Origin: Lobosporangium transversale
Taxonomy: Eukaryota
Direction: 5' to 3'
DNA: 64,000 nt
Assembly: GCF_002105155.1 (NCBI RefSeq)
Contig: NW_019028988.1
Span: 372,001-436,000 of the forward strand
Of this stretch, positions 39,765-53,203 are shown one piece after another (the first letter of the stretch is position 1; every line of letters begins with the position of its first letter). The notes beneath the pieces are model-generated. The model was not told the DNA's origin. It ran no database searches and saw only the letters and a program-made list of their open reading frames with translations. The position numbers and the translations under genes were made by a program.

Positions 39765-41747
39765 ATGAACAACGCTCACTTTTCTCGGGATCTTTCCTAC
39801 TCGGAGGATGACGACGACCTGGTTTTCCAGGACCGTGACGATGACATGGATATGGCTTATAGTCAGTCAATGGATCATCATAGCATGGGCCTTCATTACA
39901 ATAACACCATTGGCACCTCTTCCCCTAATGCAAACTATCTGACTCCTTACAATTATGCTGATGGCAACAATCATATACACCACATTAACAACAACAACAG
40001 TAACAGCATCCATAGTTCTGGACAAAGCACCTATGCCAATCATAGCACTAATCTCAATAATAATGTTAGTATTAACGATCATAGTAATAATATTATCAAT
40101 GGCGTTCTCCATAACAACACCATTGGCAATCATGCTACCACCATTACAAATCAGTACGACAGCAATAATAACATTGATAGTAACAGCAACGAGTACTCCA
40201 ACAATAACACAAATCCTCCAGAAAAGATCCGTAAGAAACCAGGCCGAAAGCCCGGGCCAACTTGCCCTGCTTTACGCAAGGAGCAAAACAGAGCAGCTCA
40301 ACGGGCCTTCAGAGATAGGAAAGAGCGCCATTTGCATCAGCTTGAAAACATGATCAAGGATCTTAAGAACCAGCACTTTCTTGTTACGAGCGCCTATCAG
40401 CGCGAGATACGTCAGCTCAAGGCTGCTATTGAGTCGCTTCAGAGCGAAAACTATTACCTTCGCGAAGTTGTCTTTGCCTTCGAGTCAGCATTAAGCAAAA
40501 GTAATCATCTTGACATCCTCAAAGATGTTAAGCAGGAGTTATTCCGTCGTCATTATGAAAATCGCGCCGCAAACGCTGCTGCCAAATCCGCATTAAACGC
40601 ATCCCCAGTTCCAGTCACTCCAGCTACTCCGGGTACCCCCATTACTCCAGCCACACCAGTGACACCAGCGACTGGACCAACAACCCCCCCTGCAGCTTTG
40701 GTTGCTTCTTCTGATATCCCGAAAAGTACTGCACCAGCAACGCCTCACTCGCCTGCCGGTACTATGTCCCCAGGCGTTGCAGCTGCGGCTGTTTCTTCGC
40801 CTCACCATGCTTCATCCTCGTCTTCATATGCTGTCACGGCTCCAGCCCCAATTACATCCATCAGCGATGTTAATAATAATGACAATATGGATACAAGTGA
40901 AGACCATGGAGCAGGACAGAATCAATCGCAGATCCACACCGCTGAGGAAGGTATCTTATCGTTGGACGGAGATATTTTATATAAAGCTCCGCCACTCTTC
41001 ATCTCAGAGATTTCAGGTGATGGAAAAGCAGGCGTACCATCATCCCTCTATGTCCCGTTGTCTGTGCCACGACCCACATATCGCCCACCTGGTACGACTT
41101 TACCCAAGCATACGGATTACACAAAGCACCCAACCGTCTTTGATGAGTTGCAGTCATCGCTCTTTCCACCTGGAACATTGGAATCGTTTCATATTAGTAT
41201 GGCAACTCCACAGGAGGTCGTCAGTGATGATTCGTTGTTTGCAGATCCAACGCAAACGGGGGATGGGACTTCTACATCTCAATCTATTGGACACGATAAA
41301 GACGGTAGCGAGTCCCCGTTAGTGAATGTTAAGGAATTGGATGATGGCAGCGATGATGAACAGTTTTTCCACTGGGTTTCTTCAACATTGGGAATCAAAA
41401 AGGAAGTTGCACGGGAGCATCGGTTGCGAAAAGAGTTTAGGATCCTCGCGCAGGCTAAACCACAGGAGAATCCGAATATTGATCCACATATCTATGAATT
41501 ACCACACGATCCACGCATTGACTTTATCCCCTGTGCCAAGCTGCGCGCACAGATGATTGTACATCAGCATCGATACGATCCAGACGAATTATTCCAGCTG
41601 TTGATTGATGGAGCGATCTGTCATGGACCGCCACTCCATAAAGATAGCTGGCAGTTACCCGAGGCTTTCTTTGAGCGATTTGGTTTTCTGTTGGGTCTGG
41701 AGTTGGAGCGCATTAGAAACAAGAAATGGCCTCCCAAGAAGGACTAG
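39765..41747 (+). CDS. bZIP transcription factor (Yap/AP-1-like basic region) with a C-terminal DUF3425-like domain
   Basis: RKKPGRKP...RKEQNRAAQRAFRDRKERHLHQLENMIKDL; C-terminal PHDPRIDFIPCAKLRAQMI...SWQLPEAFFERFGFLL; Asn-rich N-terminus. Confidence 0.88.
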   Translation: MNNAHFSRDLSYSEDDDDLVFQDRDDDMDMAYSQSMDHHSMGLHYNNTIGTSSPNANYLTPYNYADGNNHIHHINNNNSNSIHSSGQSTYANHSTNLNNNVSINDHSNNIINGVLHNNTIGNHATTITNQYDSNNNIDSNSNEYSNNNTNPPEKIRKKPGRKPGPTCPALRKEQNRAAQRAFRDRKERHLHQLENMIKDLKNQHFLVTSAYQREIRQLKAAIESLQSENYYLREVVFAFESALSKSNHLDILKDVKQELFRRHYENRAANAAAKSALNASPVPVTPATPGTPITPATPVTPATGPTTPPAALVASSDIPKSTAPATPHSPAGTMSPGVAAAAVSSPHHASSSSSYAVTAPAPITSISDVNNNDNMDTSEDHGAGQNQSQIHTAEEGILSLDGDILYKAPPLFISEISGDGKAGVPSSLYVPLSVPRPTYRPPGTTLPKHTDYTKHPTVFDELQSSLFPPGTLESFHISMATPQEVVSDDSLFADPTQTGDGTSTSQSIGHDKDGSESPLVNVKELDDGSDDEQFFHWVSSTLGIKKEVAREHRLRKEFRILAQAKPQENPNIDPHIYELPHDPRIDFIPCAKLRAQMIVHQHRYDPDELFQLLIDGAICHGPPLHKDSWQLPEAFFERFGFLLGLELERIRNKKWPPKKD

Positions 41748-42116
41748 TTACAAGGATAACAACAACATCATTCAAGAGGCCTTCCAGCTACATCTACATG
41801 CATTCATATAATTGGATTTGTATGTTTGTGCGTATTTCTTCCTTTCAGCATCTCGTCTACATTATTCGCATATCTTTCATTCTTTTGTTTCATCAAACTT
41901 GTATCATAATCTTTTCTTGACAATCGAGGAAAGAAAGAAAAAAAGACAGATAATATATATGTTATAGTACTAAACCCATAACCTTCTAGAGCTTTTTCTA
42001 TTTGCACTCATTTTTTCGAAGAATAAAAAATTGGAAAAGAATAAAAAAAAAAAAAAAAAAAAAAAAAGGCAGATTAAGAACTTTATTTGTTTAGTAATGT
42101 ATATATCGTCACATTT

Positions 42117-43171
<1,055 letters not shown>

Positions 43172-43282
43172 TTAGAAAATGAGGAGGAAAAAAAAAAAAA
43201 AAAAAAAAAAAAGTGGAGTGCGTGCGGAAATAGAAAGATTAAACGACGCGTCTTTAATTTTTATTTTTTTTATTCAGGAGGG

Positions 43283-43318
<36 letters not shown>

Positions 43319-45380
43319 GAGGTCCTCCAGATCAAAGGTCTAAAAGATATTTTGAAAGGGGTAGAAGTATTTTCGGCCCAATGGATATCAAGACGTGCTG
43401 GAGACGAGATGATACAGGGTGAGCAGAACAAGTGACTTATCTCAAGGACCCCTTTCTTGCAAGATGAAGAGATGGCTATTTGAAGCTGAAGGAAAGAGGC
43501 CATAGTTGTGCGTGCGAAAGTGAAAAGTGAAGCGTTAATTGTTGTGAACCTATTGATCTAGATGTGAAAATGCTTTGGCCATCTTGGAGATGCAACTAGA
43601 CGTTGTGGGAAAGAAACAAGAAACAGGACCCTGGACCAATAAGTTTCATTGATGCAAATTAATAACAATAGGCGGGAAAAAAAAAAAAAAAAAAAAAAAG
43701 ATGTCTGTCTTTTTCCTTTTTTGCCGCGAAATGCAATTTATATACATGACAGTGGTGTATTTGTTACATTTATATATACGTGTAGATATACATGTATACA
43801 TGTATACACATTGTTGACATACTCCAACAAGCACCTGTTATTCCATCACGCGTGAATACATGTGGAGAGGGAGAAAAAGGGAAATTCAAATGCAAATGTA
43901 AAAATGAAAAAACAACCCGAAACAAATATTTTCAGATTCTATGCTATGTTCGGGGATATCTTCACGATTCAATCTTTGAATACATACACATGTATAAACT
44001 GTTCACACAATAGAGCATATCAGACTTGTACACATGTACGATAGGACAAATTGCCGACCATAGTCTCTTTATTTTATTTTAGTGAGAGCATTTTATTTTT
44101 TATTTTTTTTTTCAAAAGGGGGAATTCTGATGACAAAGGGTTTGGCGTTAAAGTGGAGGGCGTGCAGATATCATTGACGTTGCTGTAATGAAGAAGAGTG
44201 AAGCATGTGGACAAAAAGGTGACACAGACCTGGATTGAACAACACCATAGAAGAGGAGACAAAAGATACACAAGGCTGGAGCATAGAGATGTGACATGGG
44301 ATTTCTTGACCTTCCCTTTGGCGTTGACAGAGGAGGAAAAGGAAGCATGAGAAGGAAAGAGGACATGAATTTTGTTTTTTTCGATGTCCGAAATTCTTTG
44401 TTTATAGAACTCATTCCTTTGGTATGTATTATACATGTATAAATATGCGTGTATGTGTAGATGTATTATATATATAATATAATAATTAATAAATATTCAC
44501 AAGTCTAACATGTATATTCATGTAAGAGCAGTTATTCAAATGTGTAGATGCAAACGTTTAGGATGACAGTGACATGACAGGTGTTGAAGATGGGATATAC
44601 AAATGTAGAACGCATTTGCTAGAGATTTTTTTGGACTGGATGGAGATGGTGGACAGGATGACTTTGTCTGTTTGGTTTTGTCAAGGTCAAGAGAAGGGAG
44701 AATGGCCTGATCAAAATAAGGTCTGTAAGCATGAATGTGTTCAAAAAGTATAAAGTCAACAAAAAATAAAAAAATAAAAAATAAAAAATAAAAAATAAAA
44801 AATAAAAAAAATAGGAGGAACAAGGAGAGCAAATCACGGTGTGTGCAGTGCGCGTGTGTCAGAAGCAAGGAGGGAAACCTTGATGAATTAGAGTTGCAGC
44901 TGAACGATTTGTCGTGTTGCAGAAGGGTACGAATCCATGTAAAATAAAATAAAATTCATAAAATACACAAATGTGTATATTTGCATTATAAATTTATTTA
45001 GTCTGCATTTTGGCACTTGATTCATCCCTTGCATCCCCCCACAGTTCAGAGCCACCCGACCTCACATCCATCATCTCTCTCTCTCCTCAAGAAACACCAA
45101 GCACACCCCATTGCTGCCCTCACTTTCTCACTTTCTCTCTTTCTCTCTTTCACCTTCTCTTTCTTCTCTTTCTCAATTTCATTTTCTTTTCTCTTTCTCT
45201 CTCTCTCCCCCTCACTCTGTCTTTTGTTCGTTCTCTTCCTCTCCAACTTTCTTTTTATTCTTATTGACTCATTCTCATCACACTTGTCTCTATTTGTCTT
45301 TCTTTCCCCCCCAATAAAACTAAAATAATTCATATTCTCACTCATCTTTAATAACAAATTCAACTAATACATATGCAAAC

Positions 45381-47414
45381 ATGGCTGCTTCAGTAGATAC
45401 CTTCAACGGCCCACAAACGCTTCAACAGAAGCATAATCAACGCTCTTCTCAATGGAGCAAGCGTACTGTCCCTAGTCCTGCATTAGCCCTAGCTTCTTTG
45501 CGGACGTCTTTCTCTCGAACATCTGAGAGCAAAAATAACAGCAAGAGCACCAGACATTCAACCTCCACCCCATCACCACCCTCCTCCGCATCCTCTATCG
45601 AGGAAGCTAAACACTACAGCAACAGAAAGAAAATCGACTCGGGTATTGACCTGCAGACCATCTCTCCCACTAAATTGCACACGATTAGAAATGGTCCCGC
45701 TGATGATTCAGAGGGTGGCTACTTCGATATCCTAGACAAGTACTGTCACTCGGATGAGGATCCAACCTCACCCTCTACTGCCTCACCAACCACGCCTTTT
45801 TCCTCCGGCCATGGATGGTCGGATATTCGTTCACCACAACCGCCAACACCTCCTGTCAGCTCTAATAAACATCAGCAACATCAACAGCAACAACCTCAGA
45901 AAACCTCTGTACCTGTTCCTCCTCCGAGGAGAACTCCTCTCAGAAGCTCATCGGCCCCAGTGCTTGATTCTACTTCAGGCGCGCAGAACTACAACAAACC
46001 CAGCTACAGCCCAATGCTCGCAGCCTCTGCACGGTTCAATGCTTATCTGCAATCAACCTCAAACAGGAACAGCCACGACTCATTACCTCTCAGCTATAGT
46101 TTTAATCATAACCTGCAGAACATTAATGCGTATTCGTCATCCAACCAATCATCGCCAACGACAAGTTTGCGCTCAAAAAGACCTATTCCTACACCAGGGA
46201 CGAGTATCACTACCCTTCCCACTTCTTCGCCCAGCCTTTCCGGAACCTCAAATCCCTCGTCTCAGGGTGTTGGTCGCGAATCTAGACCCGAGACCCCTGC
46301 CAAAGACAATTCCAGAGCTCTATTGAATGCACCAAACCAGTATGATATCGCCAACAGCAGTAACCCACAGTTACCTCTGCAAAGCCAACAGCAACCTTTG
46401 AACCATTTCTCGACCGTAGTCGAAGAAACTATGAGACGAAACAAAACTACTTCCGTATCCAGTTCCATGTCATCTTCAGGGGTGACAGAAGGACTAATGA
46501 CAGTCAATCCATATGCGGACAATGCAATGTCGACACCAACATCACAGCGTGGACGAAGCAATTCGGATCAGACTCAGAAAGGTTTCATATCAGGGCATCC
46601 AAGAGGGGATCGGTATTACATGAGCGATCCGCATTTTGGTCGTGGTCAGGGAGAGCAGTCCTACTTCAGATCGAGTCAGTCATGTCTCTCACCTTCATCC
46701 CCTGTGCCATCGGCTTCTTCGTCTGCTTCATCGCCAGTGACACCTTCCGAAATGCTATTTCGCCGATTCGATGATCGCACACGAACTCTCAGCCAGAGTT
46801 CATTGTTGACTCCGAAGTCAACAGCCTCAAAGTATGCTGCCGCTCTACCTCCGGGCACAAAGTCAGCACTGGTCAAGAAACCTCCATCACCCTTCGGTCG
46901 TCCACGGTCCAAAGATGGTGTTCTAGCCGCAGCCGCAGCCCTGAATCCTGATGGGTCTGTGCGAAAGGTCGTCTTTGGGGATATGATCACGATTGTAACT
47001 GTAGAGCGTGCAGAGGTCCCTCCACCAATGAATCCAGCATTGAGGAAGAAGAAAAAGGAGAAGCTCAAGTTGCGCAAGAAGAAGAAATCAACCAAGGCAG
47101 GGCCACACCCGGATCCGGAATACGACTCTGATTACTATAATGAGCCCTATACCCCAGAGCCGACCGAGGTGGTGGTAACTCAGGCGCCATGGATAGGAAA
47201 TCCAAATTACGACGAAGAAAAACAAAACTCGAGCTTTTATTATGATGACAGTGACGATTACGATGAAGATGATGGTTATGAGTACGAAGCCCCTGCTGAG
47301 TATAGTGACGATGAGGATGAGGATGAGGATGAAAGTGAAGAAGAGGTCTCGCCTAAGAAAAAAGGTGGAATCTTCAAGTTCAAACGTGCAGTCAACCGTC
47401 TTCTCCGTAATTGA
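45381..47414 (+). CDS. Hypothetical Ser/Pro-rich disordered protein with an RVxF-like motif and acidic C-terminus
   Basis: 677-aa intronless ORF; RKVVFGDMITIVTV, poly-Lys NLS-like stretch, Tyr/Asp-rich tail. Confidence 0.7.
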   Translation: MAASVDTFNGPQTLQQKHNQRSSQWSKRTVPSPALALASLRTSFSRTSESKNNSKSTRHSTSTPSPPSSASSIEEAKHYSNRKKIDSGIDLQTISPTKLHTIRNGPADDSEGGYFDILDKYCHSDEDPTSPSTASPTTPFSSGHGWSDIRSPQPPTPPVSSNKHQQHQQQQPQKTSVPVPPPRRTPLRSSSAPVLDSTSGAQNYNKPSYSPMLAASARFNAYLQSTSNRNSHDSLPLSYSFNHNLQNINAYSSSNQSSPTTSLRSKRPIPTPGTSITTLPTSSPSLSGTSNPSSQGVGRESRPETPAKDNSRALLNAPNQYDIANSSNPQLPLQSQQQPLNHFSTVVEETMRRNKTTSVSSSMSSSGVTEGLMTVNPYADNAMSTPTSQRGRSNSDQTQKGFISGHPRGDRYYMSDPHFGRGQGEQSYFRSSQSCLSPSSPVPSASSSASSPVTPSEMLFRRFDDRTRTLSQSSLLTPKSTASKYAAALPPGTKSALVKKPPSPFGRPRSKDGVLAAAAALNPDGSVRKVVFGDMITIVTVERAEVPPPMNPALRKKKKEKLKLRKKKKSTKAGPHPDPEYDSDYYNEPYTPEPTEVVVTQAPWIGNPNYDEEKQNSSFYYDDSDDYDEDDGYEYEAPAEYSDDEDEDEDESEEEVSPKKKGGIFKFKRAVNRLLRN

Positions 47415-47642
47415 ACATCAAATCATTGTTGAGAGCATTTTCGCTCTTTTTTCATGTGCGAGCCGCATTTTTATTATGTACAGTATATTTTTTTTTTGTA
47501 ATTATTATTATCGGTTATAGTCCATATTCCTTAATTAAAGATTATTCTTGAAGGAAAAAAGAGAAAAAAAATTCGATTACTTGTATATACAATCTCCTGC
47601 GTTTTTTTTTTTTTTTTTTTTTTTTTTTCTGCCTTGACTCCT

Positions 47643-48245
47643 TCATTCTGTCTTCTCTTCCTGTGATAATCCTTCGAGTAATTTCTTAAGAGCATCTTCA
47701 TTTGCGTTTTTGAGTTCTTTGTCCTTTTGTTCTTTGATCCGTTTCAGCTCCTCTAATGCTGCAGCTTGTTGTGCCTTTCGGACTGCAGCCTCTTCTGCAG
47801 ACGTAGCCGAGATCTTGGATAGTTTGTATTGTAAAGGAGGTGGGACATCTGGATCATCGCAGCTGGATGATAATGAGGACACGTCTCCTATTGCTGTTGC
47901 TGTTGTTGTCGAATACCGGGCGGCATTCAATGCTCGTCTTGGTGAAGTTGGGGATGTGATGGTAGCCCAGGAATGCTCACTGTCCTGATCATCATCACAG
48001 GAACAGATCTGTTCGAGTGATAGACCAGCAAGTGCTTGAGCAATATGAAGTCCACATCCTAAAAGCAAAAAGGAGTGAGATCCATGGTGTCAAAACATAA
48101 ATACTTCCGACGTCGATTGATGGCCATGGCGCCACACCAGTGGTTGCTGCTCTTGTTGTAAAAAAAAAAAAAAAAAAAAAAAAGCGCGCTTCTTACCTTC
48201 CCAGGTATACTTGCCACAGTCATGACAAATCACTCGGTGGCACAT
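47643..48245 (-). CDS. Small protein with N-terminal Cys/His metal-binding module; intron ~48059-48196
   Basis: Spliced MCHRVICHDCGKYTWE/GCGLHIAQALAGLSLEQICSC followed by a charged coiled-coil tail. Confidence 0.75.
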
Positions 48246-49216
48246 TGTTACAAATATCGACTGAGTGTGAATAGGGGATATGAAGCAACAATCAGTAGAT
48301 CGGATGAGGGGACACTGAAAAGTAAAAAGTCGTTCTTATTAATGGAAGGAATGAGTTGAATGAGCAAGAATCTGGTAGAATGAGAATCGAGTGAGAATGG
48401 GAAAAAAAGGTACAAACAAGGAGTGATATTGCGCAGAGGAGGAGAGAGAAAGAGAAGGAGGAAAAAAATATATGTATGTATACATATACGCCGAGCGGCC
48501 CTCTTGCTTTTTAGACGGGACAGAGTTACCTTATTCTGCTACAACAGCCAGAAGCCATTGTTTGTCCTTGTTCTGTTCGCGTCTGTGAGGATTGTAAACA
48601 GAATGTGAGCACAAAAAAGAAATTTCCCCACCATTTTCTTGTGCTCGGTCTTGTTAGTTATTTCCAAACAAAATCCGAGATTGTGTTCCTTTAATTCCCT
48701 ACAATGATACCCAGAATAGTTCCCAGCACTTCATATAGGAGAAATTGGTCCCTGAATGTGCCCGCAATGAGCAGCGAGTGTGTGCGCATGGGTATATGGA
48801 GTAAATGGTATTGGAGTAAAGGGCACTGGAGTTAGTCCTATTGCCGATATGAAGAAGGAAGTAAGGGAGAATAGATAGATTATTAAAAGAACAAAAAGAT
48901 ACAGACTTGCCTCCGTAACCTTTTCTACTGGTGTACTGTGTTGACAAGAAGACAATAATAGGCAATTCTCCAAGCGCAAGTATTCAACTGCTCTGTAGGG
49001 GACAAATGAGACGATCCTTGCATTTTATCACCATCACATCATACCAAATCGCTACCTATTGTACGAAAAGGCGGTGCAATCATTCCATTGGCTTGCAAAA
49101 GAAAAGAAAGTAAATCGGCTCAAAAAGCTTGAAGGCATTCACATCCGGACCCATGGAGTGGTGTCTTTATTGAAGGATTCTTTTTTGTATGCACAATACT
49201 GGTTTTTTTTTTTCTT

Positions 49217-49255
<39 letters not shown>

Positions 49256-49966
49256 AAGCAGACAGGATATATTATAAAAATGGTGGCAAAGGACACAAAG
49301 AAAACAGCTCACTTTAAAAAATATGTGTATTCTTCCCATGCTCAAAATTCCTCCGGACTATCCCGTCGTCCGAAAGATACGCCAATAGGCTATTTGTCAT
49401 CAACAGTCTCATGTCTCGATAAACACTCTAGACTTTACTGATCAAGCTGGAATAAAAATAACGCGTCCATCACAAGTGATTTTGAGGACTTTTTGATCAA
49501 TACAAGACCTTCTACATTGCTCTTTATCTGTCTCTATTCCTTTCTTCCTTTCTTTTTTTTTGTACATAAGAATATAAGGCAGACTAGACTTAGCAGACTA
49601 AGTCCCCTTGGAAGAGGTATCACTTGTAACGAACTTTCTTTTATATTCCTTTATTGTTCATTGCCTTTACACCTTAATATGTTCTTGTTATTATTCCAAT
49701 CTTTTTACTCAGCCACGCAAACATCCATACCATTTTATACAATTCATTTTATACAATTATTTTTCATACAAACACAATGTTGTGTTCGCTTAGATCTGAA
49801 GAAGTAGCAGAAGAAAAAGAGTTTGATCACGATGCCTGGTTGCTCACTATCAATGCACACATATATAGTCCGTCCCATTAAAAAACGAGACATTCCATCT
49901 ATTGTAAAAAGAAGAAATGTATTAGAACACAGAAATAAATAAATAAATAAATTAACCAAGAAAAAA

Positions 49967-50039
49967 AAGTATTATCAAGCCAATACTTACAATTTTTTTA
50001 AGACGAAGGCCTTTCTGGACCTAGTCATGTTTGTAGTAG
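49967..50039 (-). ncRNA. Candidate Fanzor omega-RNA scaffold (3'-end copy)
   Basis: Begins 8 nt after the Fanzor stop codon; nested stems TACAA/TTGTA, GAC/GTC, AGGTC/GGCCT and hairpin AAGTATT/AATACTT. Confidence 0.5.
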
Positions 50040-50047
50040 ATTGTGTC

Positions 50048-52925
50048 CTACTGTTGTTGCCGGCTTGTCTCTCCCCCTCCTCCTGGACCCAGCAAAGGTC
50101 CTTTCGGTGGTCTTGATCCCTCTACTCCTCCTCCTCCTTCATCTGAAAATTTCCTTTTTGTGGATCTGCTACTACCACCACCACTGCCACCACTACCTCC
50201 ACCGCCGCCACTACCGCTAGAAGCTTGGCCTTGAGTTCCTCCGTCCGGCGGCATATATTTTGCAGGTCGTTTTTGCTCTCTTATCTGCGACTCACAGACC
50301 CTTGCGATGTTCTCAGCACCAACAGCATCTCGATCAAAGTATGCTTTACAATTTCGACAGTACTTGGATCGAAAAGGAACATTCTCCAATATACTGTCAC
50401 AGTGAGGCCGTGGACACTTGGCAGATGTGTAGTATTTATGACAACCTACAATGGGGTAGTCTAGAGATTTTGCCTGTTCGAGCCAGATTTAATACTCGTT
50501 AAAAAAAAGACTCAAAAATTAAATGTCATTGATCAAAGGATTTTTTTTTTACCTTTTCAACAAGCTTCTTCATCAATATCCCATGCTTCGATACTTGTCC
50601 TCGGTTTGTCTTGAATGATCCTAGTCCAATACAGATCACCGCATTCGTATTGGCATCTCTTCTTCTTCCATTGCTTCCGCCCGCAAGCTTCAGAATTGCC
50701 TTGATCACATAATCAACGCATCCGTTCTGTGCTTTTCTATTATCCCAGCTATTCCGAACAAACCACCCGTCATTATAGAAATCGACAAGCGCCCTATATA
50801 TAGTCTCCCTATTGTCGTCACTGGTCCTAGATCCACTGCTACTACTGGCCTCAACTCCACTGCTACTACCGGTCCCTGCTCCACTACCAGAGAAACTACC
50901 TCCAGTACTTGATGGAGCTTGATTTAGCGGCAAGCTCATATAAGCGAAATACTGTGTTAAAGTAGGCCTTGAGAATGTCGGAATATTGCTTTCAATCTCT
51001 GTAATTCCTCTTCTAAGCTTTCGCCTCTCTAGCTCGCCCTGAAACTTCTTGGATGGTTTGTAAAGGTACGCTCTAGAAATCCGGAGGATCTCACGTTCGT
51101 TAGGTTTCCTTGGATCCAACTTTGCAATTGTCATCGAGTACCTCTCGCCTGGATCGATCCCAATGATAATGGTACTTTCGGGGGGAGGGCATGCTGCCCG
51201 GGTGTCATATTTAACTTCTACATTCTCGAGGAGACGGGATCTCTGCTTCCAGTTGATCTCACGCCGGGGACTGGGACTCACCGGGGACAGTGGATTTGTG
51301 CTCGATGTACCTTCTTCAGCTGCTTCTTCTCCCTCGTCGCCTTCTAAGAATGGTTCATCAACTTCCAGCAAGTCAATATCGCTGATACCCAGCAAGATAT
51401 CGTCATCTTCATTTCCGTCGTCGTCTCCATCATCACCACCATCACCTGCACCATGGCCTGAAGACGAGGATCCCTGCTGAGCACTTGAAGAAGCCTGGAC
51501 TGCTTGAGATCTTTGAGTATCCGAAGGTTGGGCAGCTTGCGAACCTCTACCTCTTTTTGCTTCGATGTGTCATAGGCAAGAAGTGTTAGGGTAAGGCCGT
51601 TTGTAAAGAACGATGTCCGTAGTTTCCTTCTAGGTCCATCATCAGATTGCAGTCCAACGTCCTTGTATCCTTTCAAGGAAAACAGCTCCTGCAACAATAT
51701 CCCCTTGTGGTTAAGGATCTTGTCCTCTGCAGCCCCCTTGGTACTCATGTTTAGTTCCAACAATTGGACTATTTCCTCTCGAACTGTTGGGTTAGACCAT
51801 AATATATCCAGGAGGCAGGCTTCCGTTAGGCAGAGAGACTGAGGCGGGAAAGCAGACGTAGGGAAATCCAGATATTTTTTGGCAGTTTTTTGCTCAAAAA
51901 AGAATTGGATGGAACTTCTTCCATCGCCTGGAATATCTATGTCAAACTAGACATTATATTGAAGAAATGATTAGGAACATTTCTATAAACATATTATATT
52001 TACCTGCGCATTCCGATAGTGAGACCTTAGCGCTGCTTGAACAGGGACCATGACCATCCGAGGCGACTTGCCGATCACCAAATCGGGATAGATCTGGTTT
52101 AAAGGACCAAGCCCTGTCTTTGCATAGAAGTTTTCGTATGCTTTGAGCTGGGACGGCTTGGCTACGTTCCCTTCGCCTTTTTTCTTCACTTCCCTGCTAT
52201 CAAGAACTTCATCTAGGAGTTGTGGGAGATCAGCTGGATTGGATGGCCCAGTGGTAAGCAGGTTATCGATCCACAAGGCGCAGGCCCAGAAAGCTCGAAT
52301 CCGTGCCTCATTCAACATTTAATAAATGATTGAATGAGCCCTTGAATTGTTGCAGCAAGTTGCTCGGGATTGAGATTGGGATCGGAAGTAGAGTCCAGCT
52401 TGGCAACTACACATGTCTTTAACGTGCCCAGCGTTAATGCAACAGTGGGGTGGACCCTCTTCAACCGTCGGTCCTCGGCAGTAGCCTCCTTCACTTTCCT
52501 GGTCTTATCAGTCTTTCTGATATACTTGGCCTTCCCTTTGTTCTTCTTTTTTTTCTTCTTTTCCTCCTTAACCTCCTCTTCTTTCTCATCCTCTTTTTTT
52601 TCCTTTTCCTTTTTTTTGGGGGACTTTCTTTGATGGCTGGAGCTGACGGGACGGTCGTGTTGTTTGCGATTCGGCTTTGCGCGTTTAGGGATATAGAATC
52701 TAATTAGGAACAACAATGTCAAGTGTTAGATGACTTTTTTTTTTTTTTTTTTTTTTTTTTGTATATGCTTTGGAAAATGTTCATTTGAAGGAGCTTACCT
52801 GGGTTGAGGTTGATTATTTTTATTCTGGTACCTAGCAGATATCGCAGTCCTCATTCTATCATGGTAATGAAGGAATCTTTCAGCGGTTGGTTGCTGCGAG
52901 GCCTGGGTTTGGATCCAGTTGCATA
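50048..52925 (-). pseudogene. Fanzor (TnpB-derived RuvC RNA-guided nuclease) gene; spliced, frameshifted, 5'-truncated
   Basis: SFFTNGLTLTLLAYDT, RuvC-I IIIGIDPGE (51147-51161), ICIGLGSF, GCHKYYTSAKCPRPHC...YCRNC zinc finger, RuvC-III FDRDAVGAENI (50327-50335); introns 52700-52798, 51947-52003, 50474-50552; frameshifts near 52315 and ~51500. Confidence 0.85.
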
Positions 52926-53130
52926 TTTCACAGTACACGTGTTACATGAAAATTTATAATACAGACATACTAACAGTTCTATGTCCCATGGTGTGGTGCC
53001 CGAGACAAACTTGCAGTTTTATTTTGATACAAATTTGGATAAATGCCCCATGGATGTGATGTGTGAACCCACATCCTATTCTCACTTCTGCTCCCTGGTT
53101 ACTATTTGTCTGTCTAAAATTTTTCATGAG

Positions 53131-53203
53131 CTACTACAAACATGACTAGGTCGGAAAAGGCCTTCGTCTTGAAAAAATTGTAAGTATTAGCTTGACAGTG
53201 CTT
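53131..53203 (+). ncRNA. Second, outward-facing copy of the candidate omega-RNA scaffold
   Basis: 89% identical to 49967-50039; differences lie mostly in loops or create G-U pairs. Confidence 0.4.

Noticed and set aside
43200..45380. Many short F/K-rich ORFs
   Set aside because: They arise from homopolymer, (TAAAAAA)n and CT-rich promoter/UTR sequence; no coding signal.
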